A stretch of DNA of 64,000 nt from a virus. A program made the position numbers and the translations under genes. The notes beneath the pieces are model-generated. The model was not told where the DNA came from, made no database searches, and was given only the letters and a program-made list of their open reading frames with translations. Shown here one piece after another: positions 28,962 through 39,918 of the stretch. The stretch is taken from the IMG/VR virus record IMGVR_UViG_3300032294_002710, positions 1 through 64,000 of that record, one strand, 5' to 3'. Position 1 is the first letter of the stretch; each line of letters begins with the position of its first letter.

Positions 28962-31900
28962 ATGCAAAATTTGATATTCTTTGATAAAGAGGGAAATCCA
29001 TTAAACTTTTATTATAATGAGACCGTTGAAAGATATGAGGGAGATATTTTATTTCCTGTTAGTTCAAGTGATACCTTTAAAACTCAATCACTCTATTTAT
29101 TTGAAAAGATACCTGCTTTTGAGTATGAGAACAATCCAGATTTGAGTCTAAGAAAATGGCAGTTGTTTAATGAATATGGATTTCATTTTTATCAGGGAGT
29201 TGCAACTCAGTCTGTAACTAAAATTGAGCCGGTTAATCAAGAGGCCGATTATTTTTCTAAGTGGATTTATGGTAAGAATATAGAGTCTAAGTTTAAATTA
29301 GGAACTTTTGTAAGAATAAACGGTAGTGTGTTTGAGTTTACTGACTCAAATAGAGTTTACTGCGTGGTTGGATCTAAAAAAAATGCAATATTAATTATTT
29401 CAAATGTTGATAACCAATCATTTCATAGTATGTACTCAGGATCATATGGTCTTACCTCAAGTTATGATGGTGTTAGTATAAAAGGAGTTAATATTCTTGG
29501 AATATACAATTACATAACTCCACAATTGAGAGATACACTTTCTATTTGGAATGAGCCAACTTTTTATGATAGATTATATGAGTTTAGAAAACTAAATATT
29601 ATAAATACTGAAAAAAATGATAGTTATAGAAAAACTGGAAGATTTGACGATGTTGATGTAGTTACAATTAAAAATCCTGAGTTGAAAGATAATATTCACT
29701 ATGAATATGATCTATCAAAAAACTCACTTCCCGATAATAGTACCCTCATAATAGAAGTTATAACAAAAACCGATTTGCCAAGAGTTTATAAAGGCGGATT
29801 GTCATTTGAGTCGTTGAGTAAAAGATTGAATTTTTTAGATCCTATTCCTGATATAATTAAACCAGGATTAGAATTTAAAGTTTCTAATTCTGCGCTTAAT
29901 ACTGACTTTTATAAAGTTAGTCCTATTAAATCATTTTTAGGAAATGTAAATCTTACATATTATGCTACTGGTAGTCAAGTCATTTATAATAATGATATTT
30001 ATCAATGTATTCAAGCATACACTTGGTCAGGTGCGACAGAATCTGTTGCTCCTATTGGATCATTACAATCTGACCTATATTGGGGACCGCCTACATATTT
30101 ACCAATAGATCCATCATCAATATCCGGTGGAATAGTCGATGAGTTTCTTGTTGGTGGTGAGGTTTACTTTACAAATGATAGATTATATTTTACACAATCT
30201 TTCACACAATCTTCTGAGGTAACTTTAGCTATAGCTGCTGAGAGATTTAAGAGTGAGTTTAAAGTTCTTAAAATGGATCTTTATTATGAAGATACAAAAT
30301 TAAAGGCTGATTTAATATATCCATCAAAGTATGCAATTGTTAATTACTATTATGATCAATTGAGTAGCACTTATAGTATAGGTGCGGTAAAAAATGTTTA
30401 TGAGAAGTGTATAGAAACATATGAACCACTAGTTAGGGAGTTTAATTATAATATTTCAAGTAATTGGAATTATAATATAGTATTTACAGATATTGATGAG
30501 TTTGGTATAATTGTAAAAATCAACAAACTGGTTTATAAAGAGAGAGTGGCTTGGATATACTCTTCTGGACTTGTTGATTTACAAAGAACTATTGATAGAA
30601 CACTTAGAAATTGGTTAACAAGACACTTTTTATCACTAAATACACTTGGTATTTTACCGACTTTAAATACAGTTGGATACTCATCTGTTTATTATAATTC
30701 TATTACTCTTAGTACTGACTTTCCGAATGTTCCTATAGATTTTTCCGTTCAGGTTGGAACGACTGCAAATTTTTACATCGAACACACAGTTGTAGTATTT
30801 AATACAATTGGAAAATACTTAACAGTTAATATTAATGGAAGATCTTATGAAGAAGCTGCGGTTATGGATTCGATAACTGGATTGACTGATATTGCTACTA
30901 CATTGGCAAATTGGACTGAAAGCTGGGCTGAAACTATAAATGACTTTGGAATCTATGTTTCTAATTCCGCAAGTTCATTAAAATTTAATGTTAAGAAGCA
31001 AACACAAAGGGTTAGTTTGGAAATAAATGTTGGAATATCCAGTCTTCCAGGAATTGAAAACTATCAAATAATTAAAAAGTATAGTGGTAATTTAGGAGCT
31101 TTGATAACTTCTAATGAGATTATTTTAGCAACACAGAGTGCATCATTAGAAGAGGTTGGTTTTGCAACCGGACAAGTAATTGGTATAAATAAGACATATT
31201 ATCCCCTACAAAATATTGAGTATAACTCATTATATTTAAATCCGGATGTTATAAATCTTAGTTACGAGGGTCCTTTTTGGGGATTAACAGATTCTTTATG
31301 CAATAGTTCGGCTTTCACAACAGTTGCTTTTACTATAGGATTCGGTCAAACAGGTTGTCCACCATCTTTCGCACCGAGTTTGATTAAAGGAATGTATGAT
31401 AAAATGGCCTTTACTGCTAGCTTTAGTATTGAGTACATATTTACAAATTCATATATACCATATACACATGATGGTGTGCCAGGAATGGTCGACTTGACTT
31501 ATGTTGAGCCTGTTAATTCAATTTATGTTCTTGGTGAGAAGTTAAGAGTTTACAATTCAAATTATGCAAATGTTTTAGGAGACATTGAAATACCTGGATT
31601 GACTAATAGTATTTCACTTTGTTATAATCATGTTTCAAGCTATTTATATGCTTTGAGTAAAAATGCATTATTTCAAATCGATCCATATATTAATTTACTT
31701 ATAGCATCATATTCTTTTGCTTCTAATGCTCATAGTATTCAATTGAATTCCGATAATGGTGATATTTACATATCATTTGAAAATTCAACTGATATGTATG
31801 TGTACCCTGTTAATCAGGATACACCTGAGACAATTAATGTTAGTCCATATTATACTTATAATATGGTATTTAATGATTTTGAAAAAGATATGTATGTTAC

Positions 31901-34900
31901 TACTAATGTTGCTTCTGTTCTTAGAATTGATGGTAGTAATAGAACAATAGATACAACATATCCAATTTTTGTTGCCACTCATTCAATCGCTTATGATCCT
32001 GAAAATGAGGCTGTTTATGTTATGGAATCTGGTGGTAATTTAAAGAAAATTGATAACAACTCGGTAGTTGACATACCATCTATTACAACTGGAACTTTTG
32101 ATAGTTTATTATTTAATAACTTAACAAGTACGATGAATGTATCAAGTGATTTAGGATTTAGTTCTATATTAGTTGATAATGATGTTATAAATTTCACATC
32201 ATCTCCAATTGGATATGGTAATCAATCTTTAAATCAATTTGATGGTGATATCTATTTAGGTATTGACTCTCAGATTTTAGTTATAGATTCAAATACAGGA
32301 CAGACTAAGAATCTTCAGCCTTTTTCTGGTGGTTATATAACTAGATTGATATATAATCCTGATAGAAGAAGCATTTGGGCTATTCAACCATCTACAAAAA
32401 ATGTAGTTGAAGTTCAAGTACAGTTAGGTAGTTATTTTACATTAGAAACTACAGTTGGCACACAATCTAATGATAATTTCTATGGCACTCTAAGTCCTGA
32501 ATATATTGATAGAGATTATCTTTGGTTAAATGTTAGAGAATATATTAGAAGACCAAGAGCTAATTTTAATGGTGGTGCTACAGTTAGCTTCTACTGGAAA
32601 TGGTTTTCAGATAATGTTCCTCAGTTTTTTATGTATGACTTTTCGGGTAGTCAACTAACCACAACAGGTTTACTTGCATATACTGGTCCTAAACCATTAC
32701 CAACAGTTCATTTAAATTCAAAACCAAATAGAGATATAACAAAGACGAGTCATCCAGAATATCAGCAAACAATTTTTAATACTATTGAATACGATCTTGA
32801 GTTTATAGACGATAATGATGACATTAGTATAGTTCCTGAGCCAATAGAATTATTTTTAGGATTTAATTCACCGGATGAAGGTGCTCTTAGAAGCGTCCTT
32901 CAGCTTTATAAAAAAGAAGATGTCGATTTCACTATATCAACCACTTCTATTAATAATGATGTTATAACATTTGAGACCATTGTTGATGAACTTACATCAG
33001 AAAGATATGGTAAAATAAGTTTAAGTGATGACTCTACGAGTCTTTTCACAACTAACTCATTTGGTGATTCGAGAGGTCTTAGAGTTGGTCAGCATATCGC
33101 TATTTTTATTAAAGATATAACAAATTCAAAAAAACAATATATTTCCAATAATAATGGATACTTATTAAAGATTAAGAGTGTTTTCTCAAGAGAGATTCTA
33201 GTTGATTTCTTTAAAGAGGTGGATAGTTTAGATTTTGAAAAAACAATAATTTCTAATTTTCCAAAAACTGGAGAAACCACTTATTTATCTACAAGGATAT
33301 TAGTTTGGAATCAAGAAATTGGTCGATTTAATGTATTTGGGCAAACAGAAATTGAGGATGTTAGATTTCATACTGAGTTAAATAATGTTGGTAAACTAGT
33401 TTCATCAGATGATGTCTATATTTTTAAAGAGTATGATATTAAAGAAGAAGGAATAGATTGGGACTATCTTAACATGAAGAGAAAGGAAATGTTAATGGTT
33501 AAGAATTTAATTTTTCCATATATTGGTAGTTATAAGTCTATTATTAATGCTATTAACTACTTCGGATATAACGATTTGGAGTTATATGAATATTATAGGA
33601 ATGTTGATATTGAGTCTGAGAACTACTATAAATTATTTAAAGTTGAGGTTCCTGATATATTTGATAATACTGTTGAAGGATGGAAAGACAATGATTTTAT
33701 AAAACATCTTTTTCCTAATGATAAGTATCAAGATACTAATCTTTTTAATTTAACTTATAGAATAACTGATAAAGAGGGTAATAATATATTATACTATACT
33801 CTAGAAGAGGTTCAGAAAAAATTACAAGGACTTAAATATTGGTTACAAAAGAATATTATACCAATAACACATAAGATACTCGATATAACGGGTAGAGCTG
33901 ATTTTGTAGGAGATACTGTAATAACACACCAAACAAGAGATGCCAGTATTTTCAATATAAAACAGAGTTACACACCAGTGACCTTTGATATGAATGAGGC
34001 TTATTTACTACCTGTTAATAGTGGATCTACTGTATACAATTGTGTTTTGGATTTTTATATACTAGGTACATCATCTGCTTTATTACCAGACTACTACACT
34101 GTGGATATAAGAAGTTATGAGATCTACAGAGAATGGTATGCTTTTAGAAACTATCAAATAGGTGAGAGAGTTGTTTACTATGATAAATTATATGAGTCTG
34201 TAATATCTAATAATAAGACAAACAATCCAAGAAAGTTTGAAAACGCTGAAACTTGGTCATTTGGAACATCTTATAAAATTGGTGATATTGTTAAGTATAA
34301 TAGACTAATTTATGTTTGGAGTGGACAATCTGGGGCTACATCATCAACAGTTTCTCCTGTTTTAGATGAAGGAGTTGGTAGTAATTGGTTAAATATAACA
34401 GAGTGGAAGGAAATTGATTTAGTGCCTGTGGATAGAATTTCTGAATATAGACATATTTCTAATCTTTATCCTTTTAACTTTACAATTGACTCAAACATCA
34501 CACCATATTTAGTTATTGAGGTCACCTCTGATAATGGATATGGACTTACTTATAGAGATAGAAAGAATTTTGAGATAAAGGGTATTTTAGATATTCAAGA
34601 AATTGAAGCCTTTTCAAACCTTACCACAAAGCAATATAGGGATGCTACTTTACCAGTTGTTTCAGTCGATCTTGATAAGGTTCCTAATTTAGAGCTTTTA
34701 AGATACTCATATACATCCGGATTCTTGGATCAATATGGTAATTATACTGATAGACCATATGTTACAAAATCGGGAGATGTTGTGTTTCCTCGTATTAAAC
34801 ATGGTTTCCCTTATAAAGTTGAGAATAATTCAAGTTTTGTGGTTAATAATTTTACTGTAGAACTTGATGGTGACTTCATTTATATGCAAAATCCATATGT

Positions 34901-35612
34901 AATAACTGATATTGGAAGTGCAAATATCATGGGTAAGAATCTTAATTGGTATGGTAATCTAATGCCAGGTGCGACTGTTTCATTTGAAGTTAGAGCTGAT
35001 GTTACAAGAGGTGGTAAGGCTAATTGGAGACAACCAACTAATACATCAAATAATGAGGCATTGGTACCTGTTAATTATAGAGTTGGTGCTAAATTAACTA
35101 CTGGTATTAATTATGGTGCTAGTTATTCAACAATTGGTAGCCTTAATCCTAGATATAGATATGTATATAATAGATTAGCTTCACTAAGTAGTAAGCCATT
35201 ATTTGCCACACAATCGTTTACTGCTATGTCAATTTATGGTGGTCCTGGATATGTTCATAAGTTTATTATGTCCACATTCTCACAAAATGGAGTTGATATT
35301 ATTAGAAGTAGTGATAATGTATTTGATGGATCTAATTTTGGTAGCTTGGCTGATACTTTAAATCGAGCAGTCGGTTCTTATGGATACTTCTACTATCAAT
35401 TAAGAACAAGTTCTACATTGCATGATCCTAGAATATTGTTTAGTACTTATTATCAAGCAATTAGTTCTACACAATCTTATCTATTAAGATATAGAGATGT
35501 TACATTACAGGAAACTGATGGTCCTAATTTGTTTGCTGATACTACTGGATTTGCATTGGGAACAAATTCAACAGTCGGTGCTTGGACAATAGATCAATAC
35601 TATTACCCATAA
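28962..35612 (+). CDS. Large baseplate wedge/structural protein with beta-propeller and CBM5/12-like modules
   Basis: 2216 aa directly upstream of gp25. PYIGSYKSIINAINYFG wedge-like motif, YNP/YDP propeller repeats and W...Y..G..V.Y...Y modules. Confidence 0.6.
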   Translation: MQNLIFFDKEGNPLNFYYNETVERYEGDILFPVSSSDTFKTQSLYLFEKIPAFEYENNPDLSLRKWQLFNEYGFHFYQGVATQSVTKIEPVNQEADYFSKWIYGKNIESKFKLGTFVRINGSVFEFTDSNRVYCVVGSKKNAILIISNVDNQSFHSMYSGSYGLTSSYDGVSIKGVNILGIYNYITPQLRDTLSIWNEPTFYDRLYEFRKLNIINTEKNDSYRKTGRFDDVDVVTIKNPELKDNIHYEYDLSKNSLPDNSTLIIEVITKTDLPRVYKGGLSFESLSKRLNFLDPIPDIIKPGLEFKVSNSALNTDFYKVSPIKSFLGNVNLTYYATGSQVIYNNDIYQCIQAYTWSGATESVAPIGSLQSDLYWGPPTYLPIDPSSISGGIVDEFLVGGEVYFTNDRLYFTQSFTQSSEVTLAIAAERFKSEFKVLKMDLYYEDTKLKADLIYPSKYAIVNYYYDQLSSTYSIGAVKNVYEKCIETYEPLVREFNYNISSNWNYNIVFTDIDEFGIIVKINKLVYKERVAWIYSSGLVDLQRTIDRTLRNWLTRHFLSLNTLGILPTLNTVGYSSVYYNSITLSTDFPNVPIDFSVQVGTTANFYIEHTVVVFNTIGKYLTVNINGRSYEEAAVMDSITGLTDIATTLANWTESWAETINDFGIYVSNSASSLKFNVKKQTQRVSLEINVGISSLPGIENYQIIKKYSGNLGALITSNEIILATQSASLEEVGFATGQVIGINKTYYPLQNIEYNSLYLNPDVINLSYEGPFWGLTDSLCNSSAFTTVAFTIGFGQTGCPPSFAPSLIKGMYDKMAFTASFSIEYIFTNSYIPYTHDGVPGMVDLTYVEPVNSIYVLGEKLRVYNSNYANVLGDIEIPGLTNSISLCYNHVSSYLYALSKNALFQIDPYINLLIASYSFASNAHSIQLNSDNGDIYISFENSTDMYVYPVNQDTPETINVSPYYTYNMVFNDFEKDMYVTTNVASVLRIDGSNRTIDTTYPIFVATHSIAYDPENEAVYVMESGGNLKKIDNNSVVDIPSITTGTFDSLLFNNLTSTMNVSSDLGFSSILVDNDVINFTSSPIGYGNQSLNQFDGDIYLGIDSQILVIDSNTGQTKNLQPFSGGYITRLIYNPDRRSIWAIQPSTKNVVEVQVQLGSYFTLETTVGTQSNDNFYGTLSPEYIDRDYLWLNVREYIRRPRANFNGGATVSFYWKWFSDNVPQFFMYDFSGSQLTTTGLLAYTGPKPLPTVHLNSKPNRDITKTSHPEYQQTIFNTIEYDLEFIDDNDDISIVPEPIELFLGFNSPDEGALRSVLQLYKKEDVDFTISTTSINNDVITFETIVDELTSERYGKISLSDDSTSLFTTNSFGDSRGLRVGQHIAIFIKDITNSKKQYISNNNGYLLKIKSVFSREILVDFFKEVDSLDFEKTIISNFPKTGETTYLSTRILVWNQEIGRFNVFGQTEIEDVRFHTELNNVGKLVSSDDVYIFKEYDIKEEGIDWDYLNMKRKEMLMVKNLIFPYIGSYKSIINAINYFGYNDLELYEYYRNVDIESENYYKLFKVEVPDIFDNTVEGWKDNDFIKHLFPNDKYQDTNLFNLTYRITDKEGNNILYYTLEEVQKKLQGLKYWLQKNIIPITHKILDITGRADFVGDTVITHQTRDASIFNIKQSYTPVTFDMNEAYLLPVNSGSTVYNCVLDFYILGTSSALLPDYYTVDIRSYEIYREWYAFRNYQIGERVVYYDKLYESVISNNKTNNPRKFENAETWSFGTSYKIGDIVKYNRLIYVWSGQSGATSSTVSPVLDEGVGSNWLNITEWKEIDLVPVDRISEYRHISNLYPFNFTIDSNITPYLVIEVTSDNGYGLTYRDRKNFEIKGILDIQEIEAFSNLTTKQYRDATLPVVSVDLDKVPNLELLRYSYTSGFLDQYGNYTDRPYVTKSGDVVFPRIKHGFPYKVENNSSFVVNNFTVELDGDFIYMQNPYVITDIGSANIMGKNLNWYGNLMPGATVSFEVRADVTRGGKANWRQPTNTSNNEALVPVNYRVGAKLTTGINYGASYSTIGSLNPRYRYVYNRLASLSSKPLFATQSFTAMSIYGGPGYVHKFIMSTFSQNGVDIIRSSDNVFDGSNFGSLADTLNRAVGSYGYFYYQLRTSSTLHDPRILFSTYYQAISSTQSYLLRYRDVTLQETDGPNLFADTTGFALGTNSTVGAWTIDQYYYP

Positions 35613-35628
35613 AAATAATATATAAATT

Positions 35629-36006
35629 ATGGCAGAATTAGATTTTAGAGATCATTATTTAGGATATCTTGGTCATCCAAGATTTGTTATAAATAAAATT
35701 GTTGAGGATGATGCAATAAGAGTTGTTATTCAAAAATACGAAATGCTCTTATTTACAAATAAAGGAGACCTGTTGGGTGATCCTGATTTTGGATGCGATC
35801 TACAGAGAATACTATTTCAAACAAAAGTTTCCTCACAAGGTGTTAAAAAAGTTATTTTACAACAAATAGAAAAGTATATACCAGAGCTATCAACCGCTAA
35901 TTTTACATTAGAGACAACTTTTTTCCAGGATCCTGAAAATTATCAAGATGTTTTACAAATTGATTTTACACTGGCTGACTATGAAGTATATGCTGTAATA
36001 TCTTAA
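35629..36006 (+). CDS. Baseplate wedge subunit (T4 gp25-like)
   Basis: LLFTNKGDLLGDPDFGCDL..LF..QIEKYIP gp25 signature. Confidence 0.88.
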   Translation: MAELDFRDHYLGYLGHPRFVINKIVEDDAIRVVIQKYEMLLFTNKGDLLGDPDFGCDLQRILFQTKVSSQGVKKVILQQIEKYIPELSTANFTLETTFFQDPENYQDVLQIDFTLADYEVYAVIS

Positions 36007-36977
36007 TTACCAATTAAAATATCTCGGAATTTACCGATTAGTGTCATTCCTAATATAATAGGATCTGTATTTGTTTCTAATTTAAAGTGTAGTTCCGATA
36101 TTATTGAGTTAAGTTCAAACAATTTTTCTATGTTTTCTTTTCTACTTGATATCGACCAGTTTATAAAATCTCTTCCAAGAAGTTTGAAAACAAGATCTAT
36201 TTTTTCAGGTCCGAAATTAGACATCAAAAAGTGATATATTTGTTCGTAGTCTAAAGATTTATCATATAAAATATTGTACAAATCTAATTTTAATTTATTC
36301 GAACTATTTGAATCAGAGATATAAATATCACCAGTCTCTTTATAGTTTTGAATTTCGACTAATATTGATCTGAAATCTGGAAATTTTTTTGTTATTAAAT
36401 TAACTAATTTATCTTTTGAAATTTCAAATCCTTCGTTTGGAGCTATTTTATTTATTACTCTTTTATATAACTCTTGTTTTATAAACTTCTCCTCATTGAT
36501 ATCCATACAATCAAAATTTATACAAGTAAATCTTGATTTTATACCATCTGAAATTTTGTTCAGATGATTTGTTGTTAATATGAATCTTACATTTTTGTGG
36601 TAATGTTCAATAAAGGCTTTTAATGCGTCTTGATAACTGGCAGATACTTTCTCAAACTCATCTAAGAAAACATATTTTTGAGAATCGGATGTTTCTAACA
36701 TGGGTTGAGTTTTGCAGAAGTTATCAACATCATTTCTAAGAGTTTCAATAGATGTATATAATGAACTATTAATCTCTAAGAATGCCTTGTCTTTTGAGTA
36801 TTTTCCAATAAGTATTCTAGCGAGTGTAGTTTTTCCTGTTCCGTAGTGGCCATGGAAGATGTAATTTTTAGTTACTCCATTTTCAAATTGCTTAAGTATT
36901 CTTTCTGGAAGAATTACATCTTCAATTTTTTTTGGTCTATATTTTTCCCAAAGTAAAAGATTTTTTGACATAATCAA
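36003..36977 (-). CDS. Sliding clamp loader AAA+ subunit (T4 gp44/RFC-like)
   Basis: WEKYRP, GHYGTGKTT, LDEFE, SRF, PDFR. Confidence 0.93.
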   Translation of the reverse strand: MIMSKNLLLWEKYRPKKIEDVILPERILKQFENGVTKNYIFHGHYGTGKTTLARILIGKYSKDKAFLEINSSLYTSIETLRNDVDNFCKTQPMLETSDSQKYVFLDEFEKVSASYQDALKAFIEHYHKNVRFILTTNHLNKISDGIKSRFTCINFDCMDINEEKFIKQELYKRVINKIAPNEGFEISKDKLVNLITKKFPDFRSILVEIQNYKETGDIYISDSNSSNKLKLDLYNILYDKSLDYEQIYHFLMSNFGPEKIDLVFKLLGRDFINWSISSRKENIEKLFELNSIISELHFKLETNTDPIILGMTLIGKFRDILIGN

Positions 36978-37017
36978 TATATTCTAATCAAGATAAAATG
37001 TTTTTATATATACTAAC

Positions 37018-38058
37018 ATGATAGGACAAAAATTTAATTTTGATGAGGTATTCTTTAGAGATTTGACAGTTTGTGTTTTAGATACTTTAGAAGGTAGATT
37101 AAATTGGATAAATAGGTTCACTTCTGGTGATATTGAGGTTCAAGTTCCTATTTACTATTCTTTAACTGGTGATGAGAGATTTTTACTAGACTCATTTCAA
37201 GACGATATTGTTTCTGAAAATAGGTATGTTGAGTTAAATACTGATCAAATTCCTAGAGGACATTTGACCTTTAATAATTTTAACATTAGAAGTGATGAGT
37301 TTAGAAATCCGAATGTTTGGCTTAGATCAGTTGTTGAAGACAATTTAGAAGTCAAAAAGTTGCTAAAACAAGTTAGGGCCATTCCAATTACAGTAACCTA
37401 TGATTTAGGAATTATTCTAAAAACAGAAATTGATGTATTTAAGTGTGCTCAAGAGATAATGAATACACTATGGTTGTATAGATTTATCTACTTTGAGCAC
37501 AATTATATGAATATTGATGCGGTTTTGACTATGCCAGATACTAATGCTATTGAAATAGTTAGAGAAAAAAATTTAAAAAGTGATAATACGGTAAAATTAA
37601 CACTCTCGTTGGAGGTACAAACATACTATCCTGCATTTACTTCTACAAAGGATTGTAAAATTTCAACTATCTTCACACCAGTTTGTGGTGTTGGTGATAA
37701 ATCTACCACTGTTGTAAAAGTTGGACCTGTTTTTTTAAAAAATTGCTCGAGTGTGAAATCTGTCAATTCTAATCTTTCTGAAGTTAGCATTGGTAATTTA
37801 GCAATTGGTGATGGAGTTCCAACTGGAACAGTTGTTAGATCAATTGATATTAATAACTCTGAAGTAACTCTTAGTAGAAGTATTTCTTGTGATATTGAAG
37901 GTTCGCAAATAACTTTTATACAAGACTTATCAGATTTTGTACAACCTTATAGAACAAGATGGTTTGGAAATTTACAACCAATGTTAGTAAATAGTATTAA
38001 GAGTAATAATCCTAATGCCAATTTCAATAATCCAAATTTTAACTCTAATCAAAAATGA
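37018..38058 (+). CDS. Tail terminator/sheath stabiliser (T4 gp15-like) with inserted beta domain
   Basis: VPIYY, IPRG, AIPITVTYDL, QEIM, LEVQTYYP; extra GDGVPTGTVV segment. Confidence 0.7.
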   Translation: MIGQKFNFDEVFFRDLTVCVLDTLEGRLNWINRFTSGDIEVQVPIYYSLTGDERFLLDSFQDDIVSENRYVELNTDQIPRGHLTFNNFNIRSDEFRNPNVWLRSVVEDNLEVKKLLKQVRAIPITVTYDLGIILKTEIDVFKCAQEIMNTLWLYRFIYFEHNYMNIDAVLTMPDTNAIEIVREKNLKSDNTVKLTLSLEVQTYYPAFTSTKDCKISTIFTPVCGVGDKSTTVVKVGPVFLKNCSSVKSVNSNLSEVSIGNLAIGDGVPTGTVVRSIDINNSEVTLSRSISCDIEGSQITFIQDLSDFVQPYRTRWFGNLQPMLVNSIKSNNPNANFNNPNFNSNQK

Positions 38059-38118
38059 GAAAAAAAGACTTTTTAATTGTAATATATAGTTTATATAAAA
38101 AAAATAAAATACAAAAGT

Positions 38119-39399
38119 ATGAAGAATCTTAAACTTGAGTTGTTTAACTTCAAAAAGTCATTGTCTATTGACCAAAGCGACATTGAATATGTAATAGAAG
38201 GACATTTGAATTCACAGGAACTATCTGAGAAACAAGTAATTATTTCATTAAATGAGAAATTGAAGCCATTCACCTATGATAAGGAAGTAAAATCTTTCTT
38301 AGAAAATTTGAATGATGATATGAAAAATTATGAGCTTTTATATGAATTGAAAAATTTATATAATGTTCTTAATTCAAAAAATCAGGGAGAACTATATCGT
38401 CATCCAATAAATGTTTTATTACAAACTATTAATTTAGAATCTGATCAAGATAGAATGTCTAAGATTTTAAATGAATTAGCTGTATATGATTGGGTTCCAG
38501 AAATTAAATTATTTGTACATAATTTATCAAAATCACCTCAGCAAAAAACCAACCTATTGAGTGGTGGTAAAGCAGATTCAGTTTATACTATAGTTGAACA
38601 AGTAGAGGAAGGTCATTTGGCATTTTTAAGAGATTCTTGGTTTTTATTAACAGAAAATTCTATTGAAAAAACGCTTTTAGAAAATCATATTAAAGATGAG
38701 GAGAAATTAAGAACACTTAGAACATTACAAACTGCTATGCAGTTTTCTAGTATTTCAGAAAGTAGAATTGACTTTAGAATCTCTGAATATTTAACAGTTG
38801 GATTGTCTGTTGGATCAAAGGGTGGAATATTTATCAATGATGATGAATTGAATGAAGAAACAACTTTAGAAAGTCTGTTTTCATCTCCTGTTGTTCCAAT
38901 TGTTAATAAGAATTTTTATCCACTTTTAGTCGAAGTTTCCAAGAATATAGATTCTTTTGTTGAATTGGATGTTGTAAAAAGAGTTACTAACTTAATCACA
39001 CCTACTTTAGAGGTTTATGCTTTTAACTATAAGAATAATACATTTGTATACCGTTGTGATGAGAGATATGGTAATTCTTTCTTTAAGTATGAGTCGGCTC
39101 TTGAATTAGTTAACGAAGTAAGAAATGAGTTAAATTTTGATTTGACATATTTTTATGAAAATAAGTTATCTAAAGAATTAGTAACTAAGAGAAAATTAGA
39201 AGATAAAGAGAGAGAAATTACATTAAAATTAGAAGATGTTCATTTTAATATTTCTAAAGTTCAAGGATCAATAAAAATGATAGGAGAGTCTGAAGTTTTA
39301 GCTCAAGCTCTTTCAAACTTGAAGAAAAGAGAAGAATCTCTTTCGTTGGAATTACAAGCTGTTAAAGAGCTTCAGTATAAGGAAAGAGTTAGAATTTAA
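38119..39399 (+). CDS. Conserved late hypothetical protein (possible prohead core)
   Basis: 426 aa with late motif upstream and multiple L-x-E sites. Confidence 0.5.
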   Translation: MKNLKLELFNFKKSLSIDQSDIEYVIEGHLNSQELSEKQVIISLNEKLKPFTYDKEVKSFLENLNDDMKNYELLYELKNLYNVLNSKNQGELYRHPINVLLQTINLESDQDRMSKILNELAVYDWVPEIKLFVHNLSKSPQQKTNLLSGGKADSVYTIVEQVEEGHLAFLRDSWFLLTENSIEKTLLENHIKDEEKLRTLRTLQTAMQFSSISESRIDFRISEYLTVGLSVGSKGGIFINDDELNEETTLESLFSSPVVPIVNKNFYPLLVEVSKNIDSFVELDVVKRVTNLITPTLEVYAFNYKNNTFVYRCDERYGNSFFKYESALELVNEVRNELNFDLTYFYENKLSKELVTKRKLEDKEREITLKLEDVHFNISKVQGSIKMIGESEVLAQALSNLKKREESLSLELQAVKELQYKERVRI

Positions 39400-39419
39400 T
39401 TTAAAATTAAATTAAAAAT

Positions 39420-39451
39420 AAAAAAGACGAACTTTGGAGTTCGTCTTTTTT
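39420..39451 (+). terminator. Intrinsic terminator
   Basis: AAAAAGACGAACT-ttgg-AGTTCGTCTTTTT. Confidence 0.8.
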
Positions 39452-39520
39452 ATTTTTAATAGTATAATAAATACTGAAGCATTAGAAGAGTTTCGTACTC
39501 AAAAAATAAATGCTTAATGA

Positions 39521-39886
39521 ATGTATCTTAATAATAAAGATTTGTATGTTGAAATGATTGTATCTAAAGCCCAAGGTAGATTAACAAGAAAGGCTGAAAA
39601 AATGTTAGAGCTATTGGCTAAAGAAACAATAAAAAAAATGAGATATTGGTCCAATGATGATAAAATGGATTGTTACCAATCTGGTCTTTTAGATATGTTC
39701 CAAAATTGGTATAATTTTAATGAGGAAAAGTCAGTAAATGCTTTCGCTTATTTTACTGAGGTTTTTAAACGAGGTATAGCCAAAGGTTTCAATGAGTTAT
39801 ATAAAAAGAAAGGAGATAACGATAATCTAATTAAAGTTATATCTATTGAAGGTTCTAATGATGGTCAAGGACTACATAGTCTTTAA
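39521..39886 (+). CDS. Late-transcription sigma factor (T4 gp55-like)
   Basis: YLNNKDLY and NFNEEKSVNAFAYFT are the gp55 region-2 signature; 121 aa. Confidence 0.85.
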   Translation: MYLNNKDLYVEMIVSKAQGRLTRKAEKMLELLAKETIKKMRYWSNDDKMDCYQSGLLDMFQNWYNFNEEKSVNAFAYFTEVFKRGIAKGFNELYKKKGDNDNLIKVISIEGSNDGQGLHSL

Positions 39887-39918
39887 TTTTAAAATAAATC
39901 AGTATAAATATAGAAAAT

